A DNA stretch of 64,000 bases from Balanoglossus misakiensis (taxonomy: Eukaryota; Animalia; Hemichordata). Below are positions 1 through 13,320 of this stretch, in pieces. Numbering within the stretch: the first letter of the stretch is position 1; the number at the start of each line of letters is the position of its first letter. Under the pieces are notes generated by a model. It saw only the letters and a program-made list of their open reading frames with translations, was not told the DNA's origin and did no database searches. The stretch is taken from positions 124,001-188,000 of the forward strand of contig CM082582.2 of NCBI GenBank assembly GCA_040954595.2. Reading direction: 5' to 3'. Position numbers and translations under genes: made by a program.

Positions 1-19
1 AATTTTCACTAATGTATAG

Positions 20-1025
20 GAATACATGAGAAGTCAGCCAGATTAGAAGTCGGCCAGTACGTGCGTATGAGAAGTCGGCCTGTACGAGAAGTCAGCCAGT
101 TGTTGAACTTGTACCCGAATAGTGCAGTGATGACCCAGATTACTTATAACAACACTTAATAAAATATAATTGCACTAAATATTTTCATTTGGATGGATTT
201 CCCAAATTCTTGACAACACAATGGCGTCATTTCAAATAATGGCGTCTGGCATCCGTACCGGTTCCCCAGCCCCGTATCCGCGTAAGGAGCTTAGGTTGTT
301 CACCAAATTCCTGTGACATTTCTGATTAAAGGGACAAAGTCTCTCCCTCGCGAACCTTTTTCCATTAATTATGTTTGATACAAGACACCGTTCACATTAT
401 TCTACATGTGGATATATTGAGAATCCACATTCAACTACAGACAAATTCCATCCCGTTTGTAGGATATGAGTGTAAAAATCCCGCCAAAATGAATAAATGG
501 TAAACACCGATTATTCATTTTGGCAAGTTTTTCACTCTCGTGTCTACAAGTCGTATTGAAGTTGTGTGTGGTTGAACGTTGATTCACTATATATCCACAT
601 TTAGAATACATAAATGGTGTCTTGTATCAAATATTATTAATGGAAAAAGGGCAGCGAGAGAGAGACTTTGTCCCTTTAAAGGGAGTTGTTTCAAAGCCTA
701 CTAAAATACATAGAAGATGTATGTGTATATTCATACTTTGAGACAACACCAAACAAACAAACGTGACGAGGAACAGACTACTGGCGTAGCGCAAGAAGTG
801 CAGGTGACTGATGTTGACGTACCCCGGTGACGTACATGAAAAGTGAACAGACAGTTTTAAAATTCATCGGCTATTTGTACAAATATCTCAGCTCCTGTAC
901 ATCAAGGAAACATTTCGTAGTGAAACAGTTATATATAACACAAAGTACCAGGGTTCTCTCCCACAGGCCGACTTCTCGTACTGGCCGATACCGACTTCTC
1001 ATACTGGTCGACTTCTCAGGACACC
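20..1025. mobile_element. Non-autonomous DNA transposon with 8-bp TSD and inverted subterminal GAGAAGTCGGCCAGTA repeats
   Basis: ATGTATAG at 12-19 and 1026-1033. GAGAAGTCGGCC motifs on the left appear inverted (ggccgacttctc) on the right. Superfamily not determinable. Confidence 0.8.
330..675. mobile_element. Kolobok-type MITE (TTAA TSD), copy A only, nested in the 20-1025 element
   Basis: TTAA-AGGGACAAAGTCTCTC...GAGAGACTTTGTCCCT-TTAA; the empty site in copy B is ctgattaaaggggagttg (~26650). Purine-starting termini with TTAA fit Kolobok rather than piggyBac. Confidence 0.85.
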
Positions 1026-1137
1026 ATGTATAGCATAGCTGTTGAACTCAAAAAATATGTAAAACTACAAGTGATGTAAACAACTTGTGGAACCATGTTC
1101 AAATCGAGACCAGAAGAAAAGAGATTTCAAGACTTAC

Positions 1138-3939
1138 CTCCTTCAACACTTTACTGCCCTGTAGCGCACTGTGTGACACTTGTAGTTGTGCATTCATAAC
1201 CAGAAGGACGTGGCCGAACCTAGCGAGTATGAACCTATCACAGAAAAAATTCAAAGAACGATTGGTTTGAGAGATGTCCGTAATCACAGATGTTACTGTA
1301 CAATACCTCTTCAGTGGAATCTTTGTGTTTTTCAAAGTGCGTCACAATATCAACTCCAATGAGCATAACAGTTTAATTTTCTGTGTATGTCATGCTATAA
1401 CACAGGGAAGTCACAAGAGTGATTTGCAGCCCAACTTACCAGTAACTGTTGAACAATCAACTACGGGTGACATGGTTGGACACTTGGATCCTGCTGGACA
1501 AGGCGTGCATGTTCCGTCGCCTTCCATAGCATATTCACCATTGCCACAGTCAAGCGGATCTTACATTGGATCTAAACACGATTGTCCGGCAGGGCACAGA
1601 AGACGGGATGTGCGTGCAGGCTCCTCACTTATTTCATCTGATTAAATAAAATGAGGTTTTTAGTGAAGTATTTGTGATACAGTGTCATTTAAAATAACAA
1701 ATTACTTGAGATGATTCACTTCATAATTCTGAGACAAGTATACAGGCATGTAGAAAATTCTTTGGAGGACATTAAACGTCATTTCTAATCAACCATTTTC
1801 TGAATATCATAAGACTCTGCGAGATCTCACATGGCTAACCGGGTCTCGCAAGATCTCGCACTGAGTTGATAATCTGTTGTAAACACATACATACATACAC
1901 ACACACACACACATAACCCCAGTCGCACTGACTTGAAAATCTGTTGTAAACACATACATGCATACACACACACACCCCTCAGTTTCATCACACAGCAAAC
2001 TGAACAAGTACCACGATCTTACCATTTGTACATCTGGTACAGTTTGTTGCACCAGCCAATGACACGTAACCCTTGGTACACTTGAATTGCGATGCACTGG
2101 GATCTGTGCAGGCGTACCCTTGCTCACAAATAGTACACTGTTCAGCACCGGCTGATCTGTAAATCAAACAAAGAATTTACACACCAAGTTAAGGTGCCAT
2201 TGCATGAAACCGTCGAGACTTTTTCAGAGGCCTATTTCTCATGAAAGACAACGTTAAAACCCACACAAACCATATATATTCTGGAAGCTGAGTTTTTGAA
2301 CTTTTGTTTGCTTTGCAAATATTATTGATCCCCGGAACTGGTGGCGATTTTGGGTTAAAAAACCCATTTTTTGATATTATGTCATAAAATTTAAAATAGG
2401 TAAAAAAGTTGACCATGCATCATGCATCTTAATATGTCATTCAAAACTAGAGTACACGTGCAAAAAACGGTAATTCCGTTTTGCGTTATCTGCTTCCATT
2501 GAGGAGTAACAGCATTTGAAAGTTAGATTTTTAGTAAAATTTGATCAAATTCACGGTGAGTTGTATTGAATCAGAGTTTATTCCCGCCAGGGACACTTTA
2601 TCAACTAACAAAAATACCGTTTTGTTGGCTGGGTCATACAAAATCCCCAGTTAAAGTTTGAGCAAATTCGGCCAACGCAGAGCGAAGCTATTTTCGTCTG
2701 AAGTTGTCAAGAACAGCGAAAATGCAAACTGAGAAAAACGGCCATTTGCATTGTTGACACCTATTTGTTAAGCTGTGAACTCATTCAGAAAAGTGCTATT
2801 TGGGGGTGATTGTGCACCATTTCCGCCAAGACGTATTAGTCAGGATGTGGGTCAGTATTAGGCCTACCGATTTATGTAAAAAAGTAAAATTTGGCAAAAA
2901 TCACAACTTTTCATGCAATGCCACCTTAACCTTTGAATACCACTGTAAAAAATTGGCGCAAATTTTAATTATTTTCATAAATAGAGGTCTATTCAAATTT
3001 GGAAAAATTGTCATTTTTTCATTCATATATTATATCAGTAAATTTTAAATACAGAAATGGAAAATGTTCCCATCCTATTTTTCAGTTAGTAAATTACCTG
3101 ACCTAATATTATGCGAGAGGTACAGCGAGACATCCTTTGTCCAAGGCCGAACTGTAATAACCAGCCGAGCATAAAATCACAGTGTTACCATTTGGACATT
3201 GGTTACCAGCTGGGCAATCACCACATGATGTTTGTGCTGAAAATAAACAGAGATTTATAGAATCTTATAGTCACAGTCATACCTTCAAAGACGTGGGATT
3301 CTCACGCGGGTTGGGGAGACAAAAATCCCTGGCAAAAGATTGGGGACAAGAAAATGCCAAACCAGAGATATTGGTAACAGAAACTGTATACAGTCAATGC
3401 CATATGGCAGTGTGCTGTTCTAACAACAGACAAGAATGTGACGATCATAGTCTGTGTCGGAGATTTGGAAAAGAGCAAATTCGGTGAAAAGACGGGACAA
3501 AACAAAAGTCTACTTATACGATGCACATGAAAACTGGATGAAAGCGAAGCAGTCCACTATTTGAATGCATTGGATGTAAAATTGGCAGAATATTTGGACT
3601 GGACATAATGTTTGTACGCACAGAATTACGCACATGCACATAAGATGATCGTCCGCCTTAAGTGAAAGATTACACAGTAATGCCCAAATTTTAAGTGCTG
3701 GCTCACCCTCTATATTAGTGTAGTATCCATCTTCACACACCTCTGGCTCCGACATACCATCATATTGGCACTTATACCCAGGGCAGGACAAGGCGTACAG
3801 TCTATACTTCCATTGTTGGCAAAATATCCCTGTCCGCATTGTGTTGGTGATGAGAGGCTGGCTGTTCCACACATGAAACCCTTGGACACAGCGTGCATGC
3901 TTCAGAACATGCTGAACTGTAACTTCCAACTGCGCAGTC
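1138..3939 (-). pseudogene. Cys-rich CPxGxxC-repeat (ephrin-receptor-like/GCC2-GCC3) protein pseudogene fragment, copy A
   Basis: AG/GT-bounded exons at 3707-3939, 3098-3236, 2023-2156, 1440-1637 and 1138-1234 encode e.g. CGQGYFANNGSIDCTPCP, CGDCPAGNQCP, CTICEQGYACTD, CTPCPAGSKCP. In-frame stops (CLDPM*, CATGQ*) and frameshifts are present. Confidence 0.8.
2193..2925. mobile_element. Kolobok-type non-autonomous DNA transposon, copy A only
   Basis: TTAA TSD at 2189-2192 and 2926-2929; TIR GGTGCCATTGCATGAAA / TTTCATGCAATGCCACC; empty site ccaagttaacctttg at ~51383. Confidence 0.88.
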
Positions 3940-4819
3940 CTGTAGGAGTAAAGACGTCAAATATTAGGGAGGTTTAGGAGCCCTCTAGCCAGCAAACTTC
4001 ATCAAGGATGTACGCGCAGAACATAAACTGGAAACACTGCGCGCCCGGTCTTTTTCCCGAAGGATTACATTGATAATCGCCAGAAAACAAACTTCTACTA
4101 TTGTCATTTTCACGAAATTTTACACATAGCTCAGTCCAGAAAATATAAATTCATTGGTCAAATAAAATATAGGGGTCACCGCGCTCTTTTTTGAGATAAA
4201 TTGCGTTAAGAATTTTGCCCATAGACAAACCATTGGTGAAAAATGCTGAGTCAGCAGATTTCTTCTATTATCGACCAAATTCATGGCTCTGTATTTCAAA
4301 GACAAGCCAGGTGACCCTAAATTTTATTACGGATTTTCATTATACATACAAAGGAGAATAAAAAAATCCACAATTAAAAAAAATGACAATACTTTCAATT
4401 TTACTGAACGTACATCCTTAATGTTACTTATGTAGTGGAGCACCAAAACCAAATTTTCATATCGATTGTGTATTTTGTGATAAAAGCACCAAACTTGGCT
4501 CAGATGCGTGTTAATGTGTACTGAACAAATTCAGATAGCGAGTCACTAAATATCTGTTGAAGAGTTTCCATGGCAACCAATTTTTTTTTCAAAATGGCCG
4601 CCAATACAGATAATCACACCTGTTAAACACCAAAATAAATTCAGATTACAATATTTGAAACAAGAAACTACGGAAAGAATGGTTTGCAATAGAACTATGG
4701 TTATTAAACTACAAATGTACTTATAAGGGTAACTAAGGGATCAAAACACAGGTGCAACTTTCAATCCCTGGTTCTCGCATTAGTATAGGTGCTCCCCCTA
4801 GTCAAACATTATGGCTAGT

Positions 4820-5680
4820 TGCGATATTTAACTGGAAAGGGCAGTTCACGAAATAAAAACCTGGATGACACATAATAAACTTCAACTCAATGGTGGCAAA
4901 ACCGAGGTACTCCTGATAAGGTCTCAGTTCAACCGCTCGCCTCGTCCCATAAACCACATGAGCATTGGATCATGTTGTGTTCAAATAGTGAATTCTGCAC
5001 GGAATATAGGTGTGACATTCGACGACAATTACACTTTCAATAAGCACATTAATGCAATTTACAAGTAAATTTTCTTCCATCTGCGTCAAATCAGCCACAT
5101 TCGCCGTTACCTCACTAAGGAAGTTTGCCAGATGCTGGTTCATGCTCTAATCACACTACTGTAATGCACTACTCTGTGGTTTACCATCATCATGCATGCT
5201 ACAGCATGCCCTGAATTCTGCAGCCATGATCGTTTCTCGTACCCGTAAAAGGGATCATATTACTCCTGTTCTCATGGATTTACATTGGTTGCCTGTACAC
5301 TATAGAATCCAATACAAGATCTTGCTTATGACATATAAGGCATTAAACAACACAGCACCAGCTTACATCTCTGACTTAATCCATCTGAAAACTTCAACAA
5401 GACTTCTTCGTTCAAATGACAAATTTCTACTTCATGTACCATGGAGTAAGAAGAAAATGTACGTCGATCGTGCTTTTTCGTATATCGCCCCACTCATTTG
5501 GAACAGTGTCCCAATAGAAGTATGCCAGTCACCTAGCCTTGACAGTTTCAAGAAACACATCAAGACTTATCTGTTTAACAGAGCGTATTAACAGTAACTT
5601 TACATTGTAAAGCGCTATTGAACACTATTACAGTGGAGTTTGGTGCTCTATAAGTCTTTTTGATTGATTGATTGATTGAT
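4820..5680 (+). mobile_element. 5'-truncated L2/Crack-like LINE (RT C-terminus), degenerate
   Basis: ORF pieces WMTHNKLQLNGGKTEVLL, ARNIGVTFD, HITPVLMDLHWLPV, DRAFSYIAPLIWN, with stops and frameshifts; (TTGA)n tail at ~5660-5680. Confidence 0.88.
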
Positions 5681-6136
5681 GAACAGTTTACCACCTTAGC
5701 TAAACACATAAACAGATCACCGATACGTCCGAATAGCGCGTGTATGAGGGCTTGGTTAACTTGTGACCTGTTTGGTCGGGCATTGATTCTTGTCGGCAAA
5801 AACTGCCATAGGAAATTATAAACTTAAGTCAAATTGCTGAAACAATAAATAATAGTCCATGTGTCTTGATACTTCAGATCATGCATCCGTTCGACTCTGT
5901 CTGTAGTCGGTTACCCAAATTTATTGGGAAGTTCGGCCTTTTACACATTAATACGTGTGGTTTTCGATCATATCCTACCGGTCTTATTGGTTGACATTAA
6001 TTTGGCAGTGTGCTATAAGCATATTACATCCTACATCAAACCAAAATAAAGCTTGTGATACTTTGACCATCAGTTTTTGTTTACTTTTAGTCGCTAGTGA
6101 AATTCAAGCTCAGTAATAACTTTACAACTAACTTAT

Positions 6137-7809
6137 TAGGGGCCCAAGCCCCTATGGGCAGGGCCCCTATTGTTATTACTGGGGTTTTTAGGGGCCCAAG
6201 CCCCTATGGGCGGGGCCCCTATTGGTATTGCTGGCATTTTTCTTCTTCTTTGGCACTTTCATCGGACACTAGGATCTTGAAAACGGCTAAACCTACAATT
6301 CTCAAATTTGGCACAATAATGCAGGCCAATGAGATCTGGTGCAGTACGTCCGTGAATGTTAAATTAGTCAAGTGACCTGATGACCATATAAGGGATGGTG
6401 ATCTTTGACCTTAATAATATTGATGATGCCCGAGCCGCAGGGAAGGGCATCATCAATATGTTTCGATGTGTGACGTTACCAGCACATTCCAGAAGACAGC
6501 ATGGCATGGTCTGTACAAGTTGAGTGAAATACTTAGAAAGATATCGCAGTGACCGATCTGCCTGGGCTGCATTCATGTTTTTCTCTTGAAATCATGGACA
6601 GTGTTATACACCTCTGTATCAATGCTGTTTTAGTGACTTTTTCACACCCGTTCTTTTTGTTTTGAGTGAATAGGATAGTCAACTAACTACTGCTGGACAA
6701 TGGGTGTGAGTTTCATGGCTCTCACATGATGGGGTAATCTGGGGTAACATTTTGAAAATACCATGTCATTTTCAGAACGCAGTTATGGTGTATGTACATG
6801 TGAACAGTGATACATGTACATGTGTAGGTCGGAAATTTAGATCGGGTATACACGTCTGCATCTAACACTCAAACTGCAATATTGCCAAACGTGTGTATTA
6901 TACACGATATACTACATGTAGTAATTGTATTAGATTTAGTCTGCATTGGTCAATATAATATACGGAAACTAAATATGTCGATCGGATTTGATCTATCACA
7001 GGTCCAGCTGTGGTTGCACAGAACACGTCTCCATTTATGGTGTGAACAGGGACTGCTGTACGCATGTGCACATCTGAGTTCACGAGGTTACACGTACTGC
7101 AGTTGCGCAGAACACGTCTCCATTTATGGAGTGAACAGGGACTGACCAAGGGGCCGAAATGAGAAGCCAAATTTCGGGTGACTCCTTGACCTTTGACCCA
7201 CCTTGAAAAACACATATCTACTTCTACGCTAACTAATACACCTAGGGAGCTGATTTTTGGTGGACAGGTACAACTATTGGACCAAATCATTTCGCCGCAA
7301 TGTCACGTGACCTCGGTGACCTTTGAACTATATATAACATAAATGCTCATAAGTACGTAACTATTAGACCGACAGACTTCATATTTGGTGGGATGAAGCA
7401 TACACATGTACTTGTTACCCCTTGACCTTTGACCTAATTAATTATGTGCATACCTAATTCTAGGCTTACTAATAGGCTAGAGGTTTTGTTTCTGTTGGAC
7501 ATGGACAAGTGTGGCGTCCAATTTTTTCCATAAAATATTGGGTGACCTCAGGTGATCTACTTTCTCATATCTCAGCCTCCAGAGCAGGTACAGCCTTAGC
7601 ATTTCGAGGGATGGGACTAAAATGAAAAGCCGAATTTTGAGGTCACCTGTACAACTGCTTAACTCATGAATTATGTGTATACCTAATTCCAGGCGAACCA
7701 ATAGGGCTGAAGGTTTGGTTTCTGATGGACCTGGACCAGTATGGGGTCAAAAATTTTTGCCCAAATTTCGGGTAACCTCAGATGACCATTTTGGCTTGCA
7801 GCTATATTT
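6137..7809. mobile_element. HINE (non-autonomous Helentron) remnants: two stacked GGGGCCC hairpin ends and a distal gcttgcagctatattt end
   Basis: Hairpins at 6137-6169 and 6189-6221. gacctttgacc and ccaatagggct motifs (7140-7800) are shared with the 27.7-50.8 kb family. The interior is composite, so boundaries are approximate. Confidence 0.65.
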
Positions 7810-8255
7810 TAACCCTAATACTACTAGGTGTCATACCTGTTTAGAGTGTCAAGTCCCTTAAAATATGTGTTTGCCATTTTTTCTTCCTAAACGTATTTTG
7901 ACTGTCTTGCCATGGCTCTCATATACACACTTGGCAGTCTAAGCCCCCTTAAATGTACTAAATCGTATTGGTTTGCCTGGTTTGGTTTGAGGGTCTTGTA
8001 TAGGCCCTACTGCGTAACACGCCCTTGGCAGCCTAACAGGCCTGGGAGCCAGGATTCTAGGCACCCTGGATATCAAACTGACTTGGCAGCGTTATAGGGT
8101 TAAAACTATGTATAATCACATACTAGATGTTTGAAAAATGGCAATGTCTTCTCTAAAGGTTATCCATCCAAAGGGATCTGACAAGGGTGTCCCCCTTCAT
8201 TTTTTGTTTGTCATAGCAATTTTCGCGACTATTATATTAGATTTAGAGTTGACTA

Positions 8256-9098
8256 TCTGATATAGACAAACTAGCAGCGTGGGCCAACAAATGGAAAATG
8301 TCTTTTCATCCACACAAATGCTCTGTTCTGTCAGTAACAAGGAAACGTTCAATGATAATTAACCAGTACAGTTTAAACGGGAAGATAATCAAACACAGCT
8401 CATCCGAAAAGTATCTAGGGTGCGCACTGACAGCTGATCTTGATTGGCACCAACATATTACTTTAATATGCAACAAAGCAAACAAAACACTTGGTTTCCT
8501 CCGTAGAAATCTCAACATAGGATCAACATCGGTGAAAGAGAAGGCATACACAACACTTGTAAGACCACTAGTTGAATACGCCTCCACTGTTTGGGACCCA
8601 TATGAACAGACCGACATAGCTTTGTTAGAAAAAACACAAAGACGCGCTGCACGCTACGTGACTGGCAGATTTCCAAATCGCTCTAGTGTTGACAACATGA
8701 TAAATACCTTACATTGGACATCATTAGAACAACGTAGAAAAGAAGCCAGACTATCGATGCCATATAAAATTTCAACAGGAACTGTTGCCATGAACAATCT
8801 TCAGCATCTCCAACCCCCGCTAAGACTCACTAGACACATGCATATAGTAAACGTTATAAAATTCCCAAATTCAAAACAGACTACAGAAAATATTCCTTCT
8901 TTCCAAGAACAATCCAAGACTGGAATAGTATACCACCAGACATCATATCTGCAGGGTCACACGAATCCTTCAAATCTTCTTTGGCACTATACTTCACCAA
9001 ACCAGAAAACTGACATTTTTGATGTCCTGTACTAGGGTGCACTCACTGGCAAAGCCTTCAATATGTTGAAGTTGGCCAGTAAGGTAGATAGATAGATA
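8256..9098 (+). mobile_element. 5'-truncated CR1-clade LINE, copy A only
   Basis: ORF 8298-9035 (KYLG, KANKTLGFLRRNL, LVRPLVEYASTVWDP); SFFPRTIQDWN in a shifted frame; (AGAT)n tail; flanked by GACTA repeats; empty site gagttgactaaaag at ~57270. Confidence 0.9.
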
Positions 9099-10506
9099 GA
9101 CTAAAAGATAAATGGTGTCTACGATTCCAAACACATAAAAATTACACCAGTTGTGGACGACACAACATTATTTTATTTGATGAGAGTAGTGTTCATCATG
9201 CCATTAATATTGTCAAAAAATGTGTTAGTTTTAGAAACCCAACTAAATACACGAAAAGTTGGGCTTTAGATTGGTTAACTGAAAATCAGGCCAATTGCAA
9301 TTTTTCGGGTTTAAGTGGCCCGATGCTCCCAACAAGTCACTTGGAATGTACTTTCATTCTAATAATTTATTAGCATGGAGTAATCTTACTTTTTACCATA
9401 AGGGTGGAACCATGATTCATTCTCAAGAGGGGTCTTGTACCAATACTCATAATGGTCTTCGATACCGGCAGGCATGTATAGCCTATGGCTACGCCCAGCA
9501 TGAGGTGGTGATTCATACTGTTGGTTGTATGGACTAGCTGGGTTCGGTGTGGGCCTCATTGAATATGGGGGTGCAGGTGGCGTAAAATATCTGGTAAACC
9601 CTTCCAGTTCATATTGATGGAACGTCCCTGCAAACTCTCCAGGATAATGGTTCTGATCGCATCCCCTCTGTACTGCACGTGGCAAAAGTGTCGAAATTGT
9701 CCCTATCCCATGCCTCCCCATAACTGAAAACATCCTGTCCCCAAGGCCCTCCTTCACCCAGACTTGGATCATACCTTGATCGGAAAGTGTTTCGGGGCAT
9801 GGGTTCAAGGGCATCATTTTCCCAACACCAATAAGAAAGTGTGGGTTGAATCCCCTCCTTCCCACGAATGCTATGTGATCTGTTGTTGTCATATTCGCCT
9901 GCCCTAGGACAAGGAGGGCAACTTCTTTTGGAATTTACCCCCATAGCTCCTATTGTTACTACTCATAAAACTGTCTGATGAATAGTCAGTACGGGGGAAT
10001 TTTCCGTTTTTGTGTCATACACAACTTTCTTGTGAAACTCTGGTGTCAACCTAAGGTGGGGCATGTCCCGGGGGCACATCTTTCAACATGCCAGGTGTAA
10101 CCTTACCAAATTTGTTTCTAAGGGCTACCTTTTCCCTTACCCCTGGTTAGTTCTCAGAGTCCTAGTGTCACATGTACTGATATACACTTTGTGATTGGAG
10201 GTCATCCTGATCGAATCGAAGGTGGCTCGCCAATCAACTCAAGAATTGAAGGGACTAAGTCTCTCTCTCGCTACCATTTTCCCATTAATTATGTTTGTTA
10301 TCACATGAACTGGCCCGTATAGCCACGTGTGTGACATAGAACATGGGATTTAATGCTTAATTACTTCCGGTATTGCTATTTTCATGTATAAACAAAAAAT
10401 CAAATGGCTCCATCAATAGAAATTATATTCCGTGGTCAGATAAAATCATATGGTCACCATGTTTAATTTCATTGAATGGCTCAGCTCATAGAACAGCCTC
10501 ATAATT

Positions 10507-11279
10507 GGCTAGTTATACTTTGCGAAACAGCGAAACAGCGAAACATGGCGATACCATTATTAAAATAGGGGCCAGTCATCAAGACGGTGGCGTATGATTT
10601 TTTTAAAAGTTTCCAAATTAAAACGTAAGCGAGCCAAGAAAACTACAGGTCAGATAAATTGTTTTCTCGGAAATTCAACATTAGAATCAAATTTGGCGTT
10701 GGAAACAAACGGCGGGTCGCCAGTTCCTGGTCTGCGGCCTGGTACTATGTAGTGGAAGAGTCGACGTCGTGTGCGCGCAAACGATTCATGCCAAACTGCT
10801 ACATATACACAGTGAATATACGCGCGCGCACAACGAAACCACAAAAGATCGAAACCTCAAAATGCGGCAGCAACTGTCACTATTTCCTTAAATACCACAA
10901 GGCGGGGAGGCATGAATTGCAATTAAGATAATAAAGAAATTTCGACAATGATACTGTGTTGTGTGAGTTACATGTGTTTCTATATATAACTACTACTCTT
11001 ACCCCCCATCAGTGTTTGACCCTCGAAAGCTTACGGACACTACTGCTTTGTTTCAACTAATCCTTAGCCCTGTGAATATACTCGTACATTGACCTTTTGG
11101 GGCGGGATTCTTTTTTGGCGCGCAACCACTAGTACCAGGCCGCAGACCAGGAACTTATTTGGAAACTTTTAAAAAAATCATACGCCACCGTCTTGATGAC
11201 TGGCCCCTATTTTAATAATGGTTTCGTCGTTTCGCTGTTTCGTTTCGCTGTTTCGTTGTTTCGCAAAGTATAACTAGCC
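10507..11279. mobile_element. MITE with ~110-bp TIRs and 8-bp TSD (Merlin/MULE-like, superfamily uncertain)
   Basis: TIR GGCTAGTTATACTTTGCGAAAC...GTTTCGCAAAGTATAACTAGCC; TCATAATT at 10499-10506 and 11280-11287. Confidence 0.88.
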
Positions 11280-11798
11280 TCATAATTCATAAACTAGAAC
11301 AGCGACACAAATTTTCATGCAGATCTTGATTACACTTGTAGAGAAAAACAAAAAAATCTACATATTGAAAGAAATGGTGATACTTTGAACTGTATAAATT
11401 GATAACCCAAGACAATAAATCAAAACTTACTTTGTTCACAAAGGTCACCAGTGAAAACAATTCTGACAGAAACATGTGTACAGTTCACATGATCCTGATG
11501 TCCTCTGGCAGAAACCACTGTTCAAGCACGGATTGGGATCGCATTGGTTGATTCCTGGTTTTCAATACACAAGAAAGTTGGGACGATGAGCAATGGGGCA
11601 GAGACTGATCATCAAAAATTTGAGACAGGGAATTCCAACAAATGAGATCATTAAGTTATATATGCAAAGCAAATCATAAAAGAGAATCAGAAGATTTTCT
11701 CCGAAGGACACCTTGCAAATTCATGATTGGAAAGACACTGCAGTCACATGTATATTGTAGTGTCCAAACACTGGTGAGCATCTATACTTTATACATTC

Positions 11799-13320
11799 TG
11801 TAAAATGACGTAATGCAACATTCGGGTCATTATGAATAAAGTGCGTGAACGAGGCTAGGCACTCTCACTCTTACATGCTGGACTTGGTGTCTCGTGTTGT
11901 CATTATTGCCCACCCACGATTCTATATTTGGCGACGAGGACGCATTCTCGCAAGCCAGAGCCGACCGTGTTTCCGCTCCGCGGAGCTACGCAAAAAACGG
12001 GCTCTGGCAGATTACAGTAGGGAACCCCGGAATTTAGGACGTAGACTAATGAATTATTCATGAGAAACGACATTGGAATTAGCCAATCAGTAGTCGTTTT
12101 ATCGCGAGCTCTTCGGCTGCTGTCAGCTTTAAATCCGCCATTTTGCACTGTCATTTAAATAAGTTATGCAGTTTTATGAGACGGGCTCTCTGATTGGTTC
12201 CTTTGTCTGGCTGCTGGAACTGACGCTGGGATCCGCGAAAACCTTCCAAATCCACCACGGCCTGTTGGCGGTAGCGCGTAGCAGTTGCCGTAAACAGGTC
12301 GTGGTTTTACGACGATGCGAGGACGGAGAACATGGAGAATCAGCTAGCCGTCAATGCGGAGTTTTCCTGTTCATTCAGACCCGACAACCACCAGTACGAG
12401 ATGGAAAAAGTACATGGCTAGAGTAGAAAACGCATTTGTCGCATTCAACATTACAGATGACAAGCGACAACGTGCACTGCTATTGCACTGGGCAGGTGAG
12501 GAAGTTTCCAACTTCTTTGATACTCTACCAGATACAGGAACGAGCTGTGAAACAGCCAAATTAAAGCTTGCGTCGTACTTCTCACCCAAACGGAACATTG
12601 AATACGAACGATTCATCTTCAGAGACACCATACAAAACAACGGCGAATCGATTGATGCCTATCACACTTGTTTGCAACGCCTAGCAGAAACATATGTGAC
12701 TTCACCAATAAGGATCAAGAGGTCAAATCACAAATCATACGAGGATTCACATCAGCCCGTCTCAGACGTCGTGCTCTTTGGGAGGAGACGACACTAGAGA
12801 ATCTACTGAGTACAGCCCGTTCATTTGAGGTATCAGAGGTTCAGGCTAGTGGGATTGAGGAGAAACCCCATAATAATGGTGCAGACACGGCATCTGTGAA
12901 TGCGGTCAGAAAACAGCGCCATCAACGCCCGAAACCCAATAAACAAAAGAGAGCTCATCAGCAGCCAGCGAAAGGACCGTCCACTTGTTATGATTGTGGT
13001 GGCACCTATCCACATGACTCAGTATGTCCAGCTAAAGGCAAGTCATGCAGGAAGTGTGGCAAACCTAACCATTTTGCCAAATGCTACCGATCAAAAGGCA
13101 AGGCAAATAGGGTAGACAAGGATGAAACTGTCAAAGCTGTGCATAAAGTGGAAGACAGCTCGGGAGATGAATACTGCTTCACTCTACAACAATCAAATGG
13201 TAGGAGGCCTCGAGTAACAGTGCAGATAGAACAAACAGCAGTTGCCTCACTGATCGACCCTGGTTCTACAATAAACATGATGAGTGTAAACACATACAAC
13301 AACCTAAAGAACAAACCCAT
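11799..13320 (+). mobile_element. Truncated Ty3/Gypsy (Mag-like) remnant: short LTR, PBS, frameshifted gag, start of protease
   Basis: Putative LTR 11799-11926 with AATAAA; PBS TGGCGACGAGGA 11929-11940 (tRNA-Ser-like); gag ORFs 12354-12797 and 12668-13432 with CYDCGGTYPHDSVCPAKGKSCRKCGKPNHFAKC; IDPGS protease-like motif. Confidence 0.85.
11942..12318. mobile_element. MITE with 6-bp TSD inserted at the Gypsy PBS, copy A only
   Basis: GAGGAC at 11936-11941 and 12319-12324; imperfect TIR GCATTCTCGCAAGCCA / TGGTTTTACGACGATGC; empty site gcgacgaggacagagaac at ~58350. Confidence 0.8.

Noticed and set aside
7013-7144. 43-bp direct repeat pair (gttgc.cagaacacgtctccatttatgg)
   Set aside because: Only two copies, present in both duplicates; likely a local duplication inside a decayed repeat.
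11700-11798. Possible further EGF exon (..QYTCDCSVF..)
   Set aside because: Too degenerate, with no clear splice sites or full Cys pattern.
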